Source: Lama guanicoe (taxonomy: Eukaryota). From it: a DNA stretch of 64,000 nucleotides. Shown one piece after another: positions 1-14,284 of this stretch. Location: NCBI GenBank assembly GCA_013239625.1, contig MU054400.1, positions 1,833,345 through 1,897,344 on the forward strand. The letters are read 5' to 3'. The notes under the pieces were generated by a model. That model was not told the DNA's origin and made no database searches. It saw only the letters and a list, made by a program, of their open reading frames with translations. Numbering within the stretch: the first letter of the stretch is position 1; each line of letters begins with the position of its first letter. A program made the translations under genes and the position numbers.

Positions 1-501
1 ATTGAGCGCTTTTTATCGACTCTACAGTGACTCCACAGCAAAATTTCAGTCATATTTATATTGATCTTACACACTTACTTAGAAGAAATTTATGTCTTTT
101 CTTGTTATTGCTATTGTAAATAATAGCACTTCTTTTTCATTACATTTGACAAACAGTTACTGCTTGTGTATAAAAAAGCTACTGTATTAGGACATTAATC
201 TTATCCAAGGGCAAAAACCATTATTAGTTGTGGGGAAGGAAGGCAGGTGGAGAGCTTGGAGATCCAGAGAGGACAAAACCAAGTTTAAGACGCTCTCTGG
301 AGCTCTGAGAAGGAATTCAGCAGCCCTCAGTACCCTAGGCTTGGCTGAACAGAGTGAGCTGCTGGGGAGACAAAGAAATTCCAGAGTAGTTTAGGGGAAC
401 TGTTCTGTTTGGAACTTTGGATCACACTGAAGAAACGGCAGCATGGTGTGTTTAAGCAGAGAGCGAGCCTGCTTACTCTGTAAGTACCGAGTTGTGTTCT
501 A

Positions 502-692
502 TTGGTGAGAATGTTAATTGATGCAGCCCTTATGGAAAACAGTATTCAGGTTCCTCAAAAAAATTAAAAATAGAACTACTATATGATTCAGCAATTCCAC
601 TTCTGGGTATTTATCCAAAGAAAACATCACCAACTGGAAAAGACACATGCACCCCCATGTTCACTGCAGCGTTACAACTGCCAAGATATGGC
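502..692 (+). mobile_element. L1 fragment (3' end of ORF2 region)
   Basis: Contains 'tatggaaaacagta...aaaatagaactactatatgattcagcaattccacttctgggtatttatccaaag...atgcacccccatgttcactgcagc', typical of L1 ORF2 3' sequence. Confidence 0.85.
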
Positions 693-2189
693 TACTGTAC
701 TCGATCCCCAAGGGTGCCAAGTTTCCCTGAGGCTGAAGCGTGGCATGGAAGAGGCTGAGCAGTTTCTGTCTGTCTCAGTGGTGACTCCAGAAGTGCTGAG
801 AGGCAACCAGTGAACGAGACATGGAGTGAGGACCCTAAACGGGCAGAGTCTATAGACTTGCAGGTCAAGACCATGGCAGGAACCACAGATCTCAGCAGCA
901 CATGCCACTCAAAGGCCAGGGGGGATCAGTTACATCCAGAGAGGATACAGTGGGGAAGGATGCCAGCAACCCAAGGCCACATCACATAAGACACACGAGT
1001 CCTTCGGGACTCAGATGACTGCGCGGAAGAGAGATATCACCCTTGCCACCATGATGGGTGGTAAGTAAGTGTCCCCTGCCTCATGATGCCATTCCGGGGA
1101 TGGGGAAGAAGGAAAAAAATACTCCAACACAGGGTATGCACCTTCAAGTGACTATGTTTAAATTATGAATTCACTGAGTAATTTGGTGAAAGAGATCAAA
1201 TTCTAAACTGGCAGATCCTGAGTTACCCTGAAGTGGCAAGATCAAACTTTTCACCCACAAAATAAATAAAGGCTCACAAGTAGAATTCAATCACAGGGAA
1301 ATAATGTTACATTCCCATACCTCTGAGTCATAGCATGCAACTTTTTAAAACCTTTAGATGCTAACATAATTTATAGGGTTACATAGATCCTATAGGACAT
1401 GTACTTTTTGCCCTTTCGATGTGTACCTCTACATGTATACACATTGGGCTACATTCCACAGTCATGCGGACAAGGCTAACAGCTACAGGTTTGAAGTGAG
1501 AAGGTCGGTATGTATTACATAGCATCATTCCTCATGGAAAGCAAGGATTCTGAAAATCAAACGTTCAAAATAGGCACTTCATTTAACACTTTGTTTGCAG
1601 GCAATCTATTATCTGAGTATTTTTGAAAGAAAGAAAAAAAGTCACCAGCTCAGTCTGCATTTGTCCCTATGGCTATGCAATGATGGAAGAGGGAAATGAG
1701 AAAGATGGTCCCTCAGGACTTTCCGTGCAAATCATGCAGCTTTTCTGCATTTTTACCTAATAGACAAGGAATGATTAAAAGCTGACTTTAACGTTTCAGT
1801 TCCGGGTAGGATGCATTAATTGCACCCCACCCTGACCCTCTCATTGAATGCAGCTATAAAACCTGGACAAACATGCGCAGCAGCTATTTCAGGTCCCTGA
1901 AACGTAAGTAGTAGCAGGCAGATTGGAAACAAAGACAAGAATTCACTGGACCAGTGAACCAGTGTCAAGTTCACCACATTTCCCCCTGTGGTGTCCCCAG
2001 GACAGAATTCAGAGACACCTGGGCATCAGCACAGACTTAGGAGCTCCAAGAGAAGCCCCTCGTTAAGACCTGAGAAACCGGATGGGGGTCCCGGCAGCCC
2101 CAACAATGGCAGTGAGTGGGCTGAAGATTTCCTTTCTGGAAGGCTTTAAACCTAGTATCTTAAGAAATTGTAAAATCACTCAAGTTATG

Positions 2190-2760
2190 TATTTCATATT
2201 GGGTGCGTTTTGGTAATTCGTGGTTTTTGAGGATTTGGTCCATTTCATCTAAGCTGCCTTATGTACCTAGACTTGTTCTGTGGGGTCTGTGGTGACAGCC
2301 CCTCTTTGGTTCCTGATATTGGTAATCTGTGTCTTCTCTTTTTTTTCCTCATCAGCATTGCTAGAAGTTTATCAACATTCTCGACCTTTTCAAAGACCAA
2401 CTTTTATTCTCATGGTTTATCATATATTGATAAACATAGCAGGTTGGATGAATCTCAGACTTACTAACGCTGAGATAAAGAAACCAGTTTCAAAAGATTA
2501 CAAGCTGTATGACTTAATATATCTGGCATTCCCAAAAGATACAAACTACGTTGACAGAGAACAGACAGTGGTTGTTGGTGGTGAGGGGAGAGTGTGTGGC
2601 TACACAGGAACGGCACAAGGGAGGTTTTGGGGGTAACGTGTGCTGTATTCTGACTGTGGTGGTGGTTACACAAGCCTATATGTGCGTTAAAATTCATAGC
2701 ACTTTACTACGAAATTAAGTCAATTTTACTATATCTTCATTTAAAAATAAAATTTAAAGT
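2190..2760. mobile_element. Old L1 fragments (minus-strand ORF2 piece ~2190-2420; plus-strand L1MC/ME-type 3' end ~2430-2760)
   Basis: Motifs 'tttggtccatttcatctaag', 'ggatgaatctcaga' and 'gtggtggttacacaagcctata...aaaattcatagc'. Confidence 0.7.
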
Positions 2761-2899
2761 AGCTCCTAAGTTCAGAGGAGAAGACTTCAAGAAGTTTCTC
2801 AACTTTAAAATTTATAATTAAGTAACTGTCCAATTAGGTTTTCAATTAAATATTTCTCTTCTTTGACAAACTTGAGGTCACCATAAAAATAAGTTTGAT

Positions 2900-3580
2900 C
2901 ATACCTATTTTCAGCAAGATTTCAGGGAAACAACTCTCCTGTAACATGAGTGGAGTAAATTACTATAAGCTCTTGGATGGATATTTATCGCAAGGAAATA
3001 TAAAGTGTGTACATTTTTTGATCCAACAACTCCACTCCCAGGAACTTCTGGTACAGATGTACTTGCACAAGATGTAAGAATATTCATATAGGCATGTTTA
3101 CTGCAGCATAATTTATAACAGGGAAAGATTAGAAACAATGTTGATATCTATAAGTAAGTAAATTACAGGGATGCATATGATTAACAGACAGAAAATCATT
3201 TGTAAAATGAGGCCAATCATCAATCACTGATATTGGGAGAAAAAAGGTTTCTTAAAATTTCTTAAAAGTTTAACTTCTTCAAATTTCTTAAAGTTCCTTC
3301 AATTTTCTTAAAATTATTAAGGAAAAATAACAGGATGAAGAATAATATAGAGAGACTGGTCTCATTTTTGTTTATAAAAGGCCTTATATATGCTGGGGGA
3401 GCTTATATATACATAAAAACTCCCAGAAGGAGGTATGAAATACTGTTAACAGTAGTTATTCCTTTGGAGTAAGCATGGAGATGTAAGGGGGAAGAGAAAG
3501 GAAATAGTTTTGGTTTTCATTTTAACTTTTCTAAACTGCCAGAAAAACCACAAACATGATGTTATTGAAAGACTCTTTCT
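2900..3580 (+). mobile_element. Ancient L1ME-like 3' fragment immediately left of the NDUFV2 retrocopy
   Basis: Motifs 'tttgatccaacaactccactcccagga' and 'atgtttactgcagcataatttataac'. Confidence 0.6.
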
Positions 3581-3594
3581 AAATAATCGTAACA

Positions 3595-4429
<835 letters not shown>

Positions 4430-6749
4430 TACTAGTAACATATAATAATGTCTTTGTACAGAGTTTGTTAATCAGAACAGCTGATTAACAGAACAGCTCC
4501 CAACCCTGGGGAATGCCCATAGTCAGAGGGATGTTAACAAAATCAGGGCAAAGGATCTGAACGTTGGTGATCATAGGTGGGTGAGATGGAAATAGAGGAA
4601 ACTCTTCCTCCCAGGAATCACACTCTCACTGCCCACTCAGAGACAGTCGGAACATAAAAGCACACCCACAGCCAAGGAGGACGCTGCCTGGGATTCTGCA
4701 AATCCTGTTGATAAATCCATGGATGAGTCTCAAGGGTTGGACCCAGTTTCTCTGGGTTAACAATCTATAAGCCCTAGCTTAAATTTTTTTCGAGTTTACG
4801 CTATTGTTAATATTCCCAGGACATATGCACAAGAACACGAGAAATTCTTAATACTAAAAAACACCATCCACAACGAAACTAGGTTTGTATCTGGAGAAGG
4901 ACTGTGTCATTTTTTATTCCCTAATATCCTGAACAATACAACAGAGGACTGGGTGACAGGTAAGACCCTTGCCAGTTCCTAGAATCAGTGAGTCACCGTG
5001 TCTGGTTTAGACATTGAATTTTACACACTTCTTTTTTCCAGATTCAGATTCTATTTGTCATTAGAATGAAACTGACCAGTAGTCATGTTTCTTTAAACCA
5101 CTTTTACAAAACAGAATATTTTTGAGTTGGTTGTTCAGGTTTACTAATTGTCGACACAAAGCTCTTAAGGAGAAAATTCTTCACAAATTAAAAACTTTCT
5201 CTTCTATTAAGTGTTGAAATGTATACGTCATACTTCAGTGATAAAAGTTGTATTTCAAAAATGTGTGTGGCCTCAGGAAAATATTTCATGACATTTAAGA
5301 GTCAAGGTCAAAGAACCATTTACTATAAACAAGTTGACTGGAGAAGTATCTAAATATTTTAAAATATATAAACAAAAATATCAAAATTTTGTAGTTAGGG
5401 GATAAAAGCCAGGCATCCACTGTTTTTTTCCTCAGATGAGTTAGTTCATTCTCATTATCCCACACGTCACTGTATGCAGAGCTTCCTGATACCTCTGCCC
5501 TCTGCTACGTCTTCCTGGATGCTCATCCCGACTCTATTCCAGCCTCACCCCAAGAGCCTGACCTCTCTGAACTTGCCATGTGCACTGCTGTCCCTGTCTG
5601 CACCTCATACATCTTTCCTGTCTCCTCCCTGCTGCCCCCCTGGTCCACAGCAGCCCTGGGTGTTAGCCTGCCCCAGAACAACCCGGCTGGCTGTCTTTCC
5701 TGCACTGGCTAGACAGGATGTGTTCTTGAGAGATGGGAAAAGGATGGGAAGGAACAGACAGAGAGAGGCATGAGGGAGGACAGAGAGAGAAAAAGGAAGA
5801 GGAACAGAGGGAAAAAGAAGAGAGTCAGGGAATAAATATGGTTACTAGTTTGCCATCCACGTTCAGTTTCTCTGTCCCTCCCCCCCGACCTAAAAATCTT
5901 GCCCAGAATAATTTCTTCATATTTAAAAAAGAAAAAAAAATCCCTTGAATGATGACAAGTGACATAATATGTGCTAACCTGATCTCTGATGAGAAACTGA
6001 TTTATTGCCCACATTTGAGAACCCTGGGAAAGTTGACATAAAGGGATAAATGGATTTCAGGGCAGGCAGTGACTTTCTGGGGTGCATTTCAGAAGCTCTC
6101 CTCCAAACCATAAATAAAACCAAGTTGACTATAGTTTGGCATGGGTGGCCAGGGCAAAACGTCATGCCACCCAGGACTACCAGTCAGCGCCCTCCTCACA
6201 ATGCTCCAGGTGGATGACCAGATTTCCATATTGTAGAGAGCTCACCAGGAGAAAAAAAAAAAAGGCTGTTCAGAATACTAGCACTTGAAAGTAATTACCC
6301 AGAAAAATATATTATGGATCTTGAGAGGTGGAAAAGAATGATGCCATCTTCAGTAAAGTCACCAGCAAGATTTCAGTTTCAAAATACACCTGCTTCTCTC
6401 ATCACCACACCTGCCCCTGATGACTGTACCTCCCACCCTGCACCATTTACTAGCAACCCCCACAATCAAAAGGAACCAGGCACCAATGCACCTGTTCAAA
6501 CGTGAAATATGAGGGTAAGATGGTGGGGCGTGGGGGAAAACACAAGCAGCTATAGGAATAGTGACTGCAGGGAGGACCAAGGCCGGCAAGTAAGAGAGAG
6601 GAAGCTACACAGCTTTCACTGGGAGGCAGCAGCCCCACCCCCAGGGCTTCACCTTCGTCCATTTCTTCCCTAGGCAGGAGAAACTTTGTTTAAAAAATAA
6701 AAAAAAATAGAGTCTATCTTTGTACATTTCATAGCAGAAGTGAACTTAC

Positions 6750-6792
6750 ATTTCATTTGCTTGGAGATGGACTTGTTAGGTTCAAGCCAGTG
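6750..6792 (-). CDS. FRMD3: FRMD3 coding exon (43 bp, phase 0/1; exon 3 of the canonical transcript)
   Basis: Minus strand reads ctttttttttctccccag|CACTGGCTTGAACCTAACAAGTCCATCTCCAAGCAAATGAAAT|gtaagt = HWLEPNKSISKQMK + 1 nt. It continues in frame from the 105-bp exon (...PEKQR|HWLEP...). Confidence 0.95.
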
Positions 6793-7849
6793 CTGGGGAG
6801 AAAAAAAAAGCAGAGATTGTGGGTCAAATGACAGGACCATAAGATGCATACTTAATAACTAAAGGGAATTTAATAAAGATATGTTTTTTTCCTAAGTACA
6901 GCCTCAGTTCCCCACAGATATTCCCCAGGGTTCCACCCTCTGAAGATAAACAGGAACAATTGGGCAATAATAATACCACAGGCCAGGGTACAAATTACAC
7001 AGAATTAACACGTTCTGAGTTGTGTTTGAGTCACACAGTTGCTAGGAGAGAAGGACAAGGGAGAAAATATGCACTTAAGTGGGATGTTCTAGTGGCTCTA
7101 GTCAGCTCCTAAGTGATTCTTTGAGCTCCATTGCTCTGGGCAAGCCACAGATGGCTGAAGACTTTGACATCTATGACCTCTAAGAGTCACAGTCCAGGCA
7201 GCATCTTTTCAGGTTAACAGGGGGCCAAGCCAGCATCAGCCCCGTCACACACAGGCAATTCTCCTTTCACAGTAGGAGGAAAAAATTATTTTAAATATCT
7301 GATTTCAGAGGCTTGAGGCCATCAAGAAGAAAAATCAGCTCCAATGCAAAACGAAGAAGCCCAAAGATCTGAGTAGCTCAGAATTATTAGAAGCAGACAC
7401 AGTGCTGGCCCCAGTGACCAGCTCTCTCCACATCGTGTGTGAAGGTCACTTCAACATGCTGCGATCAGGGCAGCCTCTGTTATCACTAACCACGATGGCC
7501 CTGAAGCTGCTTAAGGAATGTCAGGAAGCACCACTCTATACACCTGAAGTTTATAAAGATAAGAGGGGTGCGCTGGGTATCCAGCAGGATGCCAGGGAGC
7601 CCTCACCTACGAGGCCTCCTCACACTGATGGATACTGGAAAGAAGAGGATGAAACGTACCATCGGCTGAGCACCTACACCTCACTATCTCATCTGTGGCA
7701 TCCAGGAAGCCTCAAAGTTCTGTATGACCCCTATTGTTTGATGCAAATACATAATCATAAAATTCAATAGGAGCCAGCACTGTTGAGAGCATGGAGTGCC
7801 AGGGGCTATTCCAAGACTTTCCATGAGCCATGACTACCACTCCAATTTT

Positions 7850-8095
7850 TTTATAGTTTTTTTTTAATTTTATTGAAACGCAGTTGATTTACAATGTTAG
7901 TTTCAGGTGTACAGCAGAGTGATTCAGTTATACGTATACAACTTTTTTTTCAGATTATACATATACATACATATGTATTTTTTTCAGATTCTTCTCCATT
8001 ATAGCTTATTACAAGAAAATGAATATAGTTCCCTATGCTCTACAGTAGTTCCTTATTGTTTTTTTATTTTATTTTATTTTATTTATTTATCTACT
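7850..8095 (-). mobile_element. Lineage (cetartiodactyl/camelid) L1 3' terminus
   Basis: T-rich tail, then 'tttattgaaacgcagttgatttacaatgttagtttcaggtgtacagca...attacaagaaaatgaatatagttccctatgctctacagtag'. Confidence 0.85.
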
Positions 8096-8109
8096 TTATA
8101 TATATATCT

Positions 8110-8250
8110 ATCACTTCATTTACAGATGAGAAATCTGGGGCTCAGGATGTTAAAGAACTTGCCAAAGGTCACTCAGGGAAGAAATGCTGAAGCCACTGGT
8201 GAGTGGGGTTCCAGAGCACAGGCCCTTAACCTTAGGCACGGGGCCTCCTG
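8110..8250 (-). mobile_element. MIR SINE
   Basis: MIR core 'tttacagatgagaaatctggggctcag...ttaaagaacttgccaaaggtcac'. Confidence 0.75.
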
Positions 8251-8559
8251 ACCCATCAGTTCCCTCTAAAATGTATTATTCCCCTCGGTGAACACTATTT
8301 CCCCAGGAACTGGGAAATTGAGGGTCAAATCAGCAGTTTCCAATCTAGGGTTTCAGATCCCTGTAGTCTTTAAACAAGAATGAGGGGTCTTTTAGCTAGT
8401 TAAAATAAATCTAACTGTTCTAAACGAAGAATCTGACAGAAAACCATGCATTTACCCCTGACCTGCTGCACAAGCAAACTAAAATAGCGTATTTCTTTGC
8501 TTCTGGACAAAATTATACCAACTTATGTTGGGAACCCTGGTTATCTCTTCTTTTCCATG

Positions 8560-8790
8560 ATTTTTTTTAATGTGGTAAAATATAACATAAAATTCACCCT
8601 CCTAATCCTTTTGAAGTGTACAGTTCAGTGGTATTAAATACATTCACAGGGGTGTGCTGCCAGCACCACCATCCATCTCCAGAACTCTTTTCCATCTTAC
8701 AAAATTGAAACTCTATACCTATCAGACAAAAACTCCCATCCCCTCCTTCCTCCTGGCCACTGGAAACCACCACCCTACTTTTGGCTGTCT
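8560..8790 (-). mobile_element. L1MB-type 3' end
   Basis: Contains 'tgtggtaaaatataacataaaattcacc...aagtgtacagttcagtggtattaaatacattcaca...catctccagaactctttt'. Confidence 0.8.
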
Positions 8791-10152
8791 CCTTTCAGTC
8801 AGAAGGTAAGCTTGGACTTTACACAGTTGTAATGAACAGGGAGAAAGGTACCGATTATACCACTCACTAGCTAGATAACCTTGTGCAAAATGTTTCATCT
8901 CTGTCTCAACCTCACAACTATAACATGGGAATTCCTTTATAGGGCTGTTGTGGGGACTTTAAAAGTGAATGGAAAATTAAAATACATATGATGCTTAAAC
9001 CGTGCCTGGCATGTGAAAAATACTCAGTGACGCTTGTTTACTGATGCTGTTGCTCTTTGTAAGCAGAGTTTAATTGGTAGAACATCTCTTTCAATAGACG
9101 GGACTCAGGGAAGGGAATAATAAACGGAGCCTCTGGGGATTAAATTACTTCTCTAGAAATAGGATAGTTTAGAACTAAGGCAGAAAAAGAAATGGCAGCA
9201 GCCTAAGATCAATGCTATTGTTTCAAGGAGGCGGATCACACTCAGTTTGAAATATAAACACGTTTTCCAAATTCTCCTACTTTGGCATTCTTTAAACTTC
9301 TTAGCCCTTCTCTACCTAACTTCAGCTTACCTCCCTACCTTCTCTGTGCCTCCAGGAATGGTAGGTAAGTTTCATTTTGTGTGCCCACACTGGCTAGTTG
9401 GTGGGTAATCTCCCAGGTCTGTAAGGAGAACTCCAAGACTAGGTGAAGGCTTGGTGACAATGAGTGCCACGGTGGATTGGCTCTGTCTGCCATGGAGTGG
9501 CAGGGAACGTTCAAGGCATGCCGGCAAGGTCTTGGCCATCTGTGCCCTAAATAAATTATTTACTCTAAATGAACTGGCCTTCCTACAAAAAACTCCCTGC
9601 AGTTTCTCATCTGTTCTGACCTTCCTCTTCCTCTCAGCCTATTCACATCCTACTCTTGCCTCTGAGGCTCCCACTCCTTTGTCTACAGTGTAATCACTAC
9701 ATGCATTTCCAAGCTGGCTATTCTTCCCCAGTGAGAGTCATAGGGTCTAGAGCCTTAAGAAAAATAATCCAGCAGTAATCATGTTTCAAGGGATTATAGG
9801 AAATCATTTCTTCCAAGAGGATCAAGCTCAATTTATTAGTTTGTGTTGAAATTAAAAACCTGATTGGCCTATCGCCCAGCAATCCCTTTAATCTCTGATT
9901 TGGCCACAGGAACAAAGAGGAACGTAACAAGGATTTTCACTGCAAGATCACATAAAATTACAAAAATATTAGCAATAACATTAGCGGCCATACTCAGGAA
10001 CATGGGTAAATAAAATGGGTAAATAAATTCTGGATGATTCTGCAGCAGTGTTTTATATGAGGTAGCTCTTTATGAGTATAGCATGGTCAAATCCCTAAGG
10101 CACAATGTGGGTTAAAAAAAAGTGAACTGCAAAATGTACACCCATGGCCACA

Positions 10153-11340
10153 CCTAGTTCCCAAATTGTGCACTGAAGTGTCCCAGGGAAATGCAGCCAT
10201 ACTAGACATCTATTAGACAATGTGCAAACTATGAGCTCAAGGAGGTCCACAGTTCCAATATTAAAACATGCTCTATTCCTTTTTGTATTGACATTTAGTC
10301 AGCTTACAATGTTGTTAATTTCTGGTGTACAGCACGATGATTCAGTATATATATATACACACATATATTCCTTTTCATATTCTTTTTCATTATAGGCTAT
10401 TACAAGGTATTGAATATAGTTCCCTATGCTAAACTGTAGGATCTTGCTGTTTATCTATTTAATATATAGTGGTTAGTATCTGCAAATCCCAAACTCCCAA
10501 CTTTTCCCTCCACCTCTCCTTAGGTTGTTTTCTGTCTGTGAGTCTGTTTCTATTTTGTAAATAAGCTCATTTGTATTATCTTTTTTAGATTCCACATACA
10601 AGTGATATCATATATTTGTCTTTTTCTTTCTGACTTACTTCACTTAGTATGATAATCTCCGGGTCCATCCATGTTGCTGCAAATGGCATTATTTCAATCT
10701 CTCTTTTTTGTTTTTTTTATGGTTGAACAGTATTCCATTGTATATACACAACAATTTCTTTATCCAGTTATCTGTCGATGGACATTTAGGTTGTTTCCAT
10801 GTCTTCCCTATTGTAAACAGTGCTGCTATGAACATTGGGGTGCATGTATCTTTTCAAATTAGAGTTTCCTCTGGGTACATACCCAGGAGTGGGATTGCTG
10901 GATCAATGCTCTATTTTGTTCGATGTCATACTTGTTGCAAGCTGGGTTTCTAGTGGCTACTGTAATTAAAAACAAGTACCATGCAAAAATAGGTGTGGAG
11001 CAGACAGTAAGTGTGGCAGTGTCTGATCTGATCCCAGAGTTTGAAAGCCATGGAGCCAACAGGCACATGCTGCCTGTTAGCAAGCGACTGTGGCTAAGAA
11101 TGAACTGAAAAGACTATTTCCATGTGTGTAATGTTTTAAATGGCTACTAAGGCCATAAGGGCTGTGCTAGGACATAAATACTTATTAAGTTGTTTGGATC
11201 TAACTCTTGATGTTAGATGGAACTGTCTAGATGTTAGATGTCTAGACGGAACTGTTAGCTATTCTTTTGATCTAGGGCACCACGAAATAATTACTAAGAT
11301 ACTGAAAGAGCCATAAACCAAGAAAGTCTGAGAACCTCTG
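10153..11340. mobile_element. hAT-Charlie DNA transposon (Charlie4a/MER80-like) split by a younger L1
   Basis: Ends 'agttcccaaattgtgc' and 'gaaagtctgagaacctctg'; internal 'gcaagctgggtttc...aaaacaagtaccatgcaaaa...ggcagtgtctgatctgatcccagagtttga' resembles the recalled Charlie4a consensus. Confidence 0.7.
10278..10905 (-). mobile_element. 5'-truncated lineage L1 with TSD
   Basis: L1 3'UTR/ORF2 end ('gtgctgctatgaacattggggtgcatgtatcttttcaaattag...gggattgctggatca'), flanked by atgctctatt at 10268-10277 and 10906-10915. Confidence 0.9.
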
Positions 11341-12559
11341 AACTATGATATCATACAATTAACGTGTTTTCTTCTTTAAAGGAAAAGTACAAAACACTAT
11401 CATATATTTTCAAAGCATATATAACAAGCAACTAAATTTTAAACATCTGAAAAGATACTAAACTGATCCAGTGAAGTGGGTAATGGGGAAAGAACAGGAA
11501 TTTAGGGGTGTTGGTCAAGGAAAACCATGACCTTCATTTTTTATGTGATGTTTTAACTTAAATTTGTCCACGTATTTGTGCATTATATGAATATTTTAAA
11601 AATCAATTTAAAAGAAAAAGCTAAGCTTTACTCAGGGGATAAGAGTGGATTTCATGTAATTCAGACTCAAGAGGAAGAATTTCAGACATAACAGGCAGAT
11701 CGCAAATCCAGCCGAGCACCCGGGGCTGGCAGTGCAGTCTAGCTCAGGAGCTCACAGGCCTGGGTTCAACACCAGCTCTGCCACGTCCGGGTGAGTGGTG
11801 TGACTTCTATCAGGTTCTTCTGTTTCTTCACTTGCAGCGTCATCGTGCAGTTTAAGTGGGCTAATTCACTAAGAAACTCTTAGAACAGAGCTTGGGTCAT
11901 ACTGAGTGTTCAGTGAACACCAGCTATTCCCATCTCCCTCCTATTCACTGGGAAAGACCCCCAAGTTGGTCCAGGGGCCCTCTCGGTGCACCCACGTTTG
12001 TCTTCCTCTTCCCCTCTCCCTCCCCACCCCACCTGCCTGGCAGATAACTCTTTCCCTTTTCTTAATTTTCCCTTTGAAGTCGAGTCTGGACGACACCAGC
12101 AACTCCTGCTCTGACTGTGTGTACGGATGGATCACACGCTCACACGCCCGTGGGAAAGTAACAGCCATGATGGAGTGTGCTTGGTCATTAGACATAAGGC
12201 TTAGGACATTATCACATTGGCTATTTTCCTTTCAATTGCTACTTGGAATATATGCTATCTTTTTAAGTCTGTTTTCTTACTGAGAACTGATACTCCCTGA
12301 GAGGTGGAAAGGAAAGCCTGCCCACCCAAATACATGAATTTGTGGCTGAAAACTTCATTTCCTCAACTCTTATTTAGATTAAAACTTCCAAAGACTAAAG
12401 CAGCTCATTCTCAATCATTGACTCTACCTACTGTGCTTAGGGAATCCAAGGATCCAGAGGATGCATCCCTTAGCATGATATGAAGGCATCAGGAAGGTGT
12501 CTGAAGGCTTAGCCCAGGACCCCTTTCCCTTTGGTTATACAACAGTCTTTTATTTTTTG

Positions 12560-12935
12560 GAAGGTTGCACTCAGATTACCTGAATCCACCGCAGGGTTAA
12601 GAATGAACCTCCCCACTCCCCTCACCCACAGCAGGGCAGCGCCTAACTAATAACTGACAGATGTGGGAGGATAAATACCTCTGCTCCCTTGCCCCTTGGC
12701 CAGGATAATTCTAAGGCATGGCCTACACTCTTCCAGAGCCCCTCTGTGAGACTGAGCCCAAGCTACCCTCTACACGGCTTTGACCAACATCACAACTTTG
12801 AACAACATTGTACTCCCCCCTTCTCTTCCTTGTCCCAATCCCCTACTCTCCTACAAGGCTTCTCCTGGGAACATTTCCTAATAAAACTGGAAGTTTCATC
12901 TTAAGATCTGCTTTCTAGGGACTGAACCGAAGACA
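12560..12935 (+). mobile_element. ERVL-type solo LTR remnant (LTR16-like)
   Basis: Contains 'aactgacagatgtgggaggataaatacc' and 'ttcctaataaa', ending 'tctgctttctagggactgaaccgaagaca'. Confidence 0.65.
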
Positions 12936-14284
12936 GCCTCCCTAACTGTCCACCAAAAACTGCCCTCCATGGTATTTAAAATTCTTCCATTCAGGGTTTA
13001 TTACTTTTGCCTTAGGTGTGAACCCTGGTAACTGGCAAGTCCCCTGTGAGGGGACCCCAATTTAACAGTATTGACAATATAGCCTGACCATATCTCAAGC
13101 CATTTCTTAGAACAAATCTATTTTGATTGACAGCTGCTTAAAGGAAAAGAGGGAGAGTAGAAGGTAGCTACACTGAAGAGGTGAAAAGCAGACAGATGTT
13201 TAAACTCTCTAGGGCCTGATTTCCTTATCTGTGGTCTTGTGCTTGGGGGGGAAGCAGATTCAAGAAACCCTAAGATTCCTTTAGTTCTCACGTTCCACAT
13301 ACTATAAACTGAAGGATGAGAACATTGCCAGCAAATGTTTCTTTCTTAGATTTTTTTTGGTTGCATTTAGCCCTAAGAGGTTATTTTTCTCTACGCCATC
13401 ATAGAAATGGTGTATTTCCTTTGTACTTTCTAATTCTGGCTTGTTTGGGGGAAGAAGAAGGTGAGTATGAAGTGGTGATTTACGACCAAGTAGACTGATT
13501 TTTAATTTGGTAGCTGCTGAGATTAAAAAAAAAAAAGCTCCCCAAAGTAAACAATATAAAACTTAGTTATTTTCAAATGTTGAGCTTCTGTTGAAATTGA
13601 TTCAGCCTATGATTACAGAATAAATCAATCAATTCTCTGTTATCTTTCTCAAAACCCTCAGTGCCCTACACCAAAGTATCTGTAGCCCAGAGAAATGTAT
13701 TAAATGGCCAATGGGGCTTCAGACAAGAGTGAATGCACTTTCCCAGCAGGAGATTGTTTTTCTCTTCAACAGTAATCAGATCCAAAATCTGACCAATTTC
13801 CATCATAGTCCTGAAAAGATGGCCTGATTCTCACATCTCACCTGGATAAAGCCCCAGAGTAACTCAGTTCCTGCAGTAGCTAGCCAATTAATGCCATTTC
13901 TAGGCCCTTTGGTCTCTGCTGGGGGGAAAAACGCCATTGGAATGAATGCAGCCTTCACAGTGATCTGGATGACAAAGATAGAGGTAGGTCCTTGTTATTT
14001 CGCCAGCAGTAACAATGGTTTCCACTCCACTTTCAATAAAATCTATGCCACAACAGCAACAAAAATATCTGTAGATCAAGTCTACCCAAAAGTCACTGTC
14101 CACTTGTAAGTCAATCTATGTAAAAAACAAAACAACAAAAAAACCTCCCTTGCTTCGGTATAGTGTTTTTTATTCCTTCAGCCATAACTGCTTTTGCCTT
14201 CTAGGTTCTTAGGGATGAGCAAAATAAAGGTAACTGCCAGAAGAAACACTGTAGGAAGCAGGAAGTCTAAGAAAGCATAAGCAT

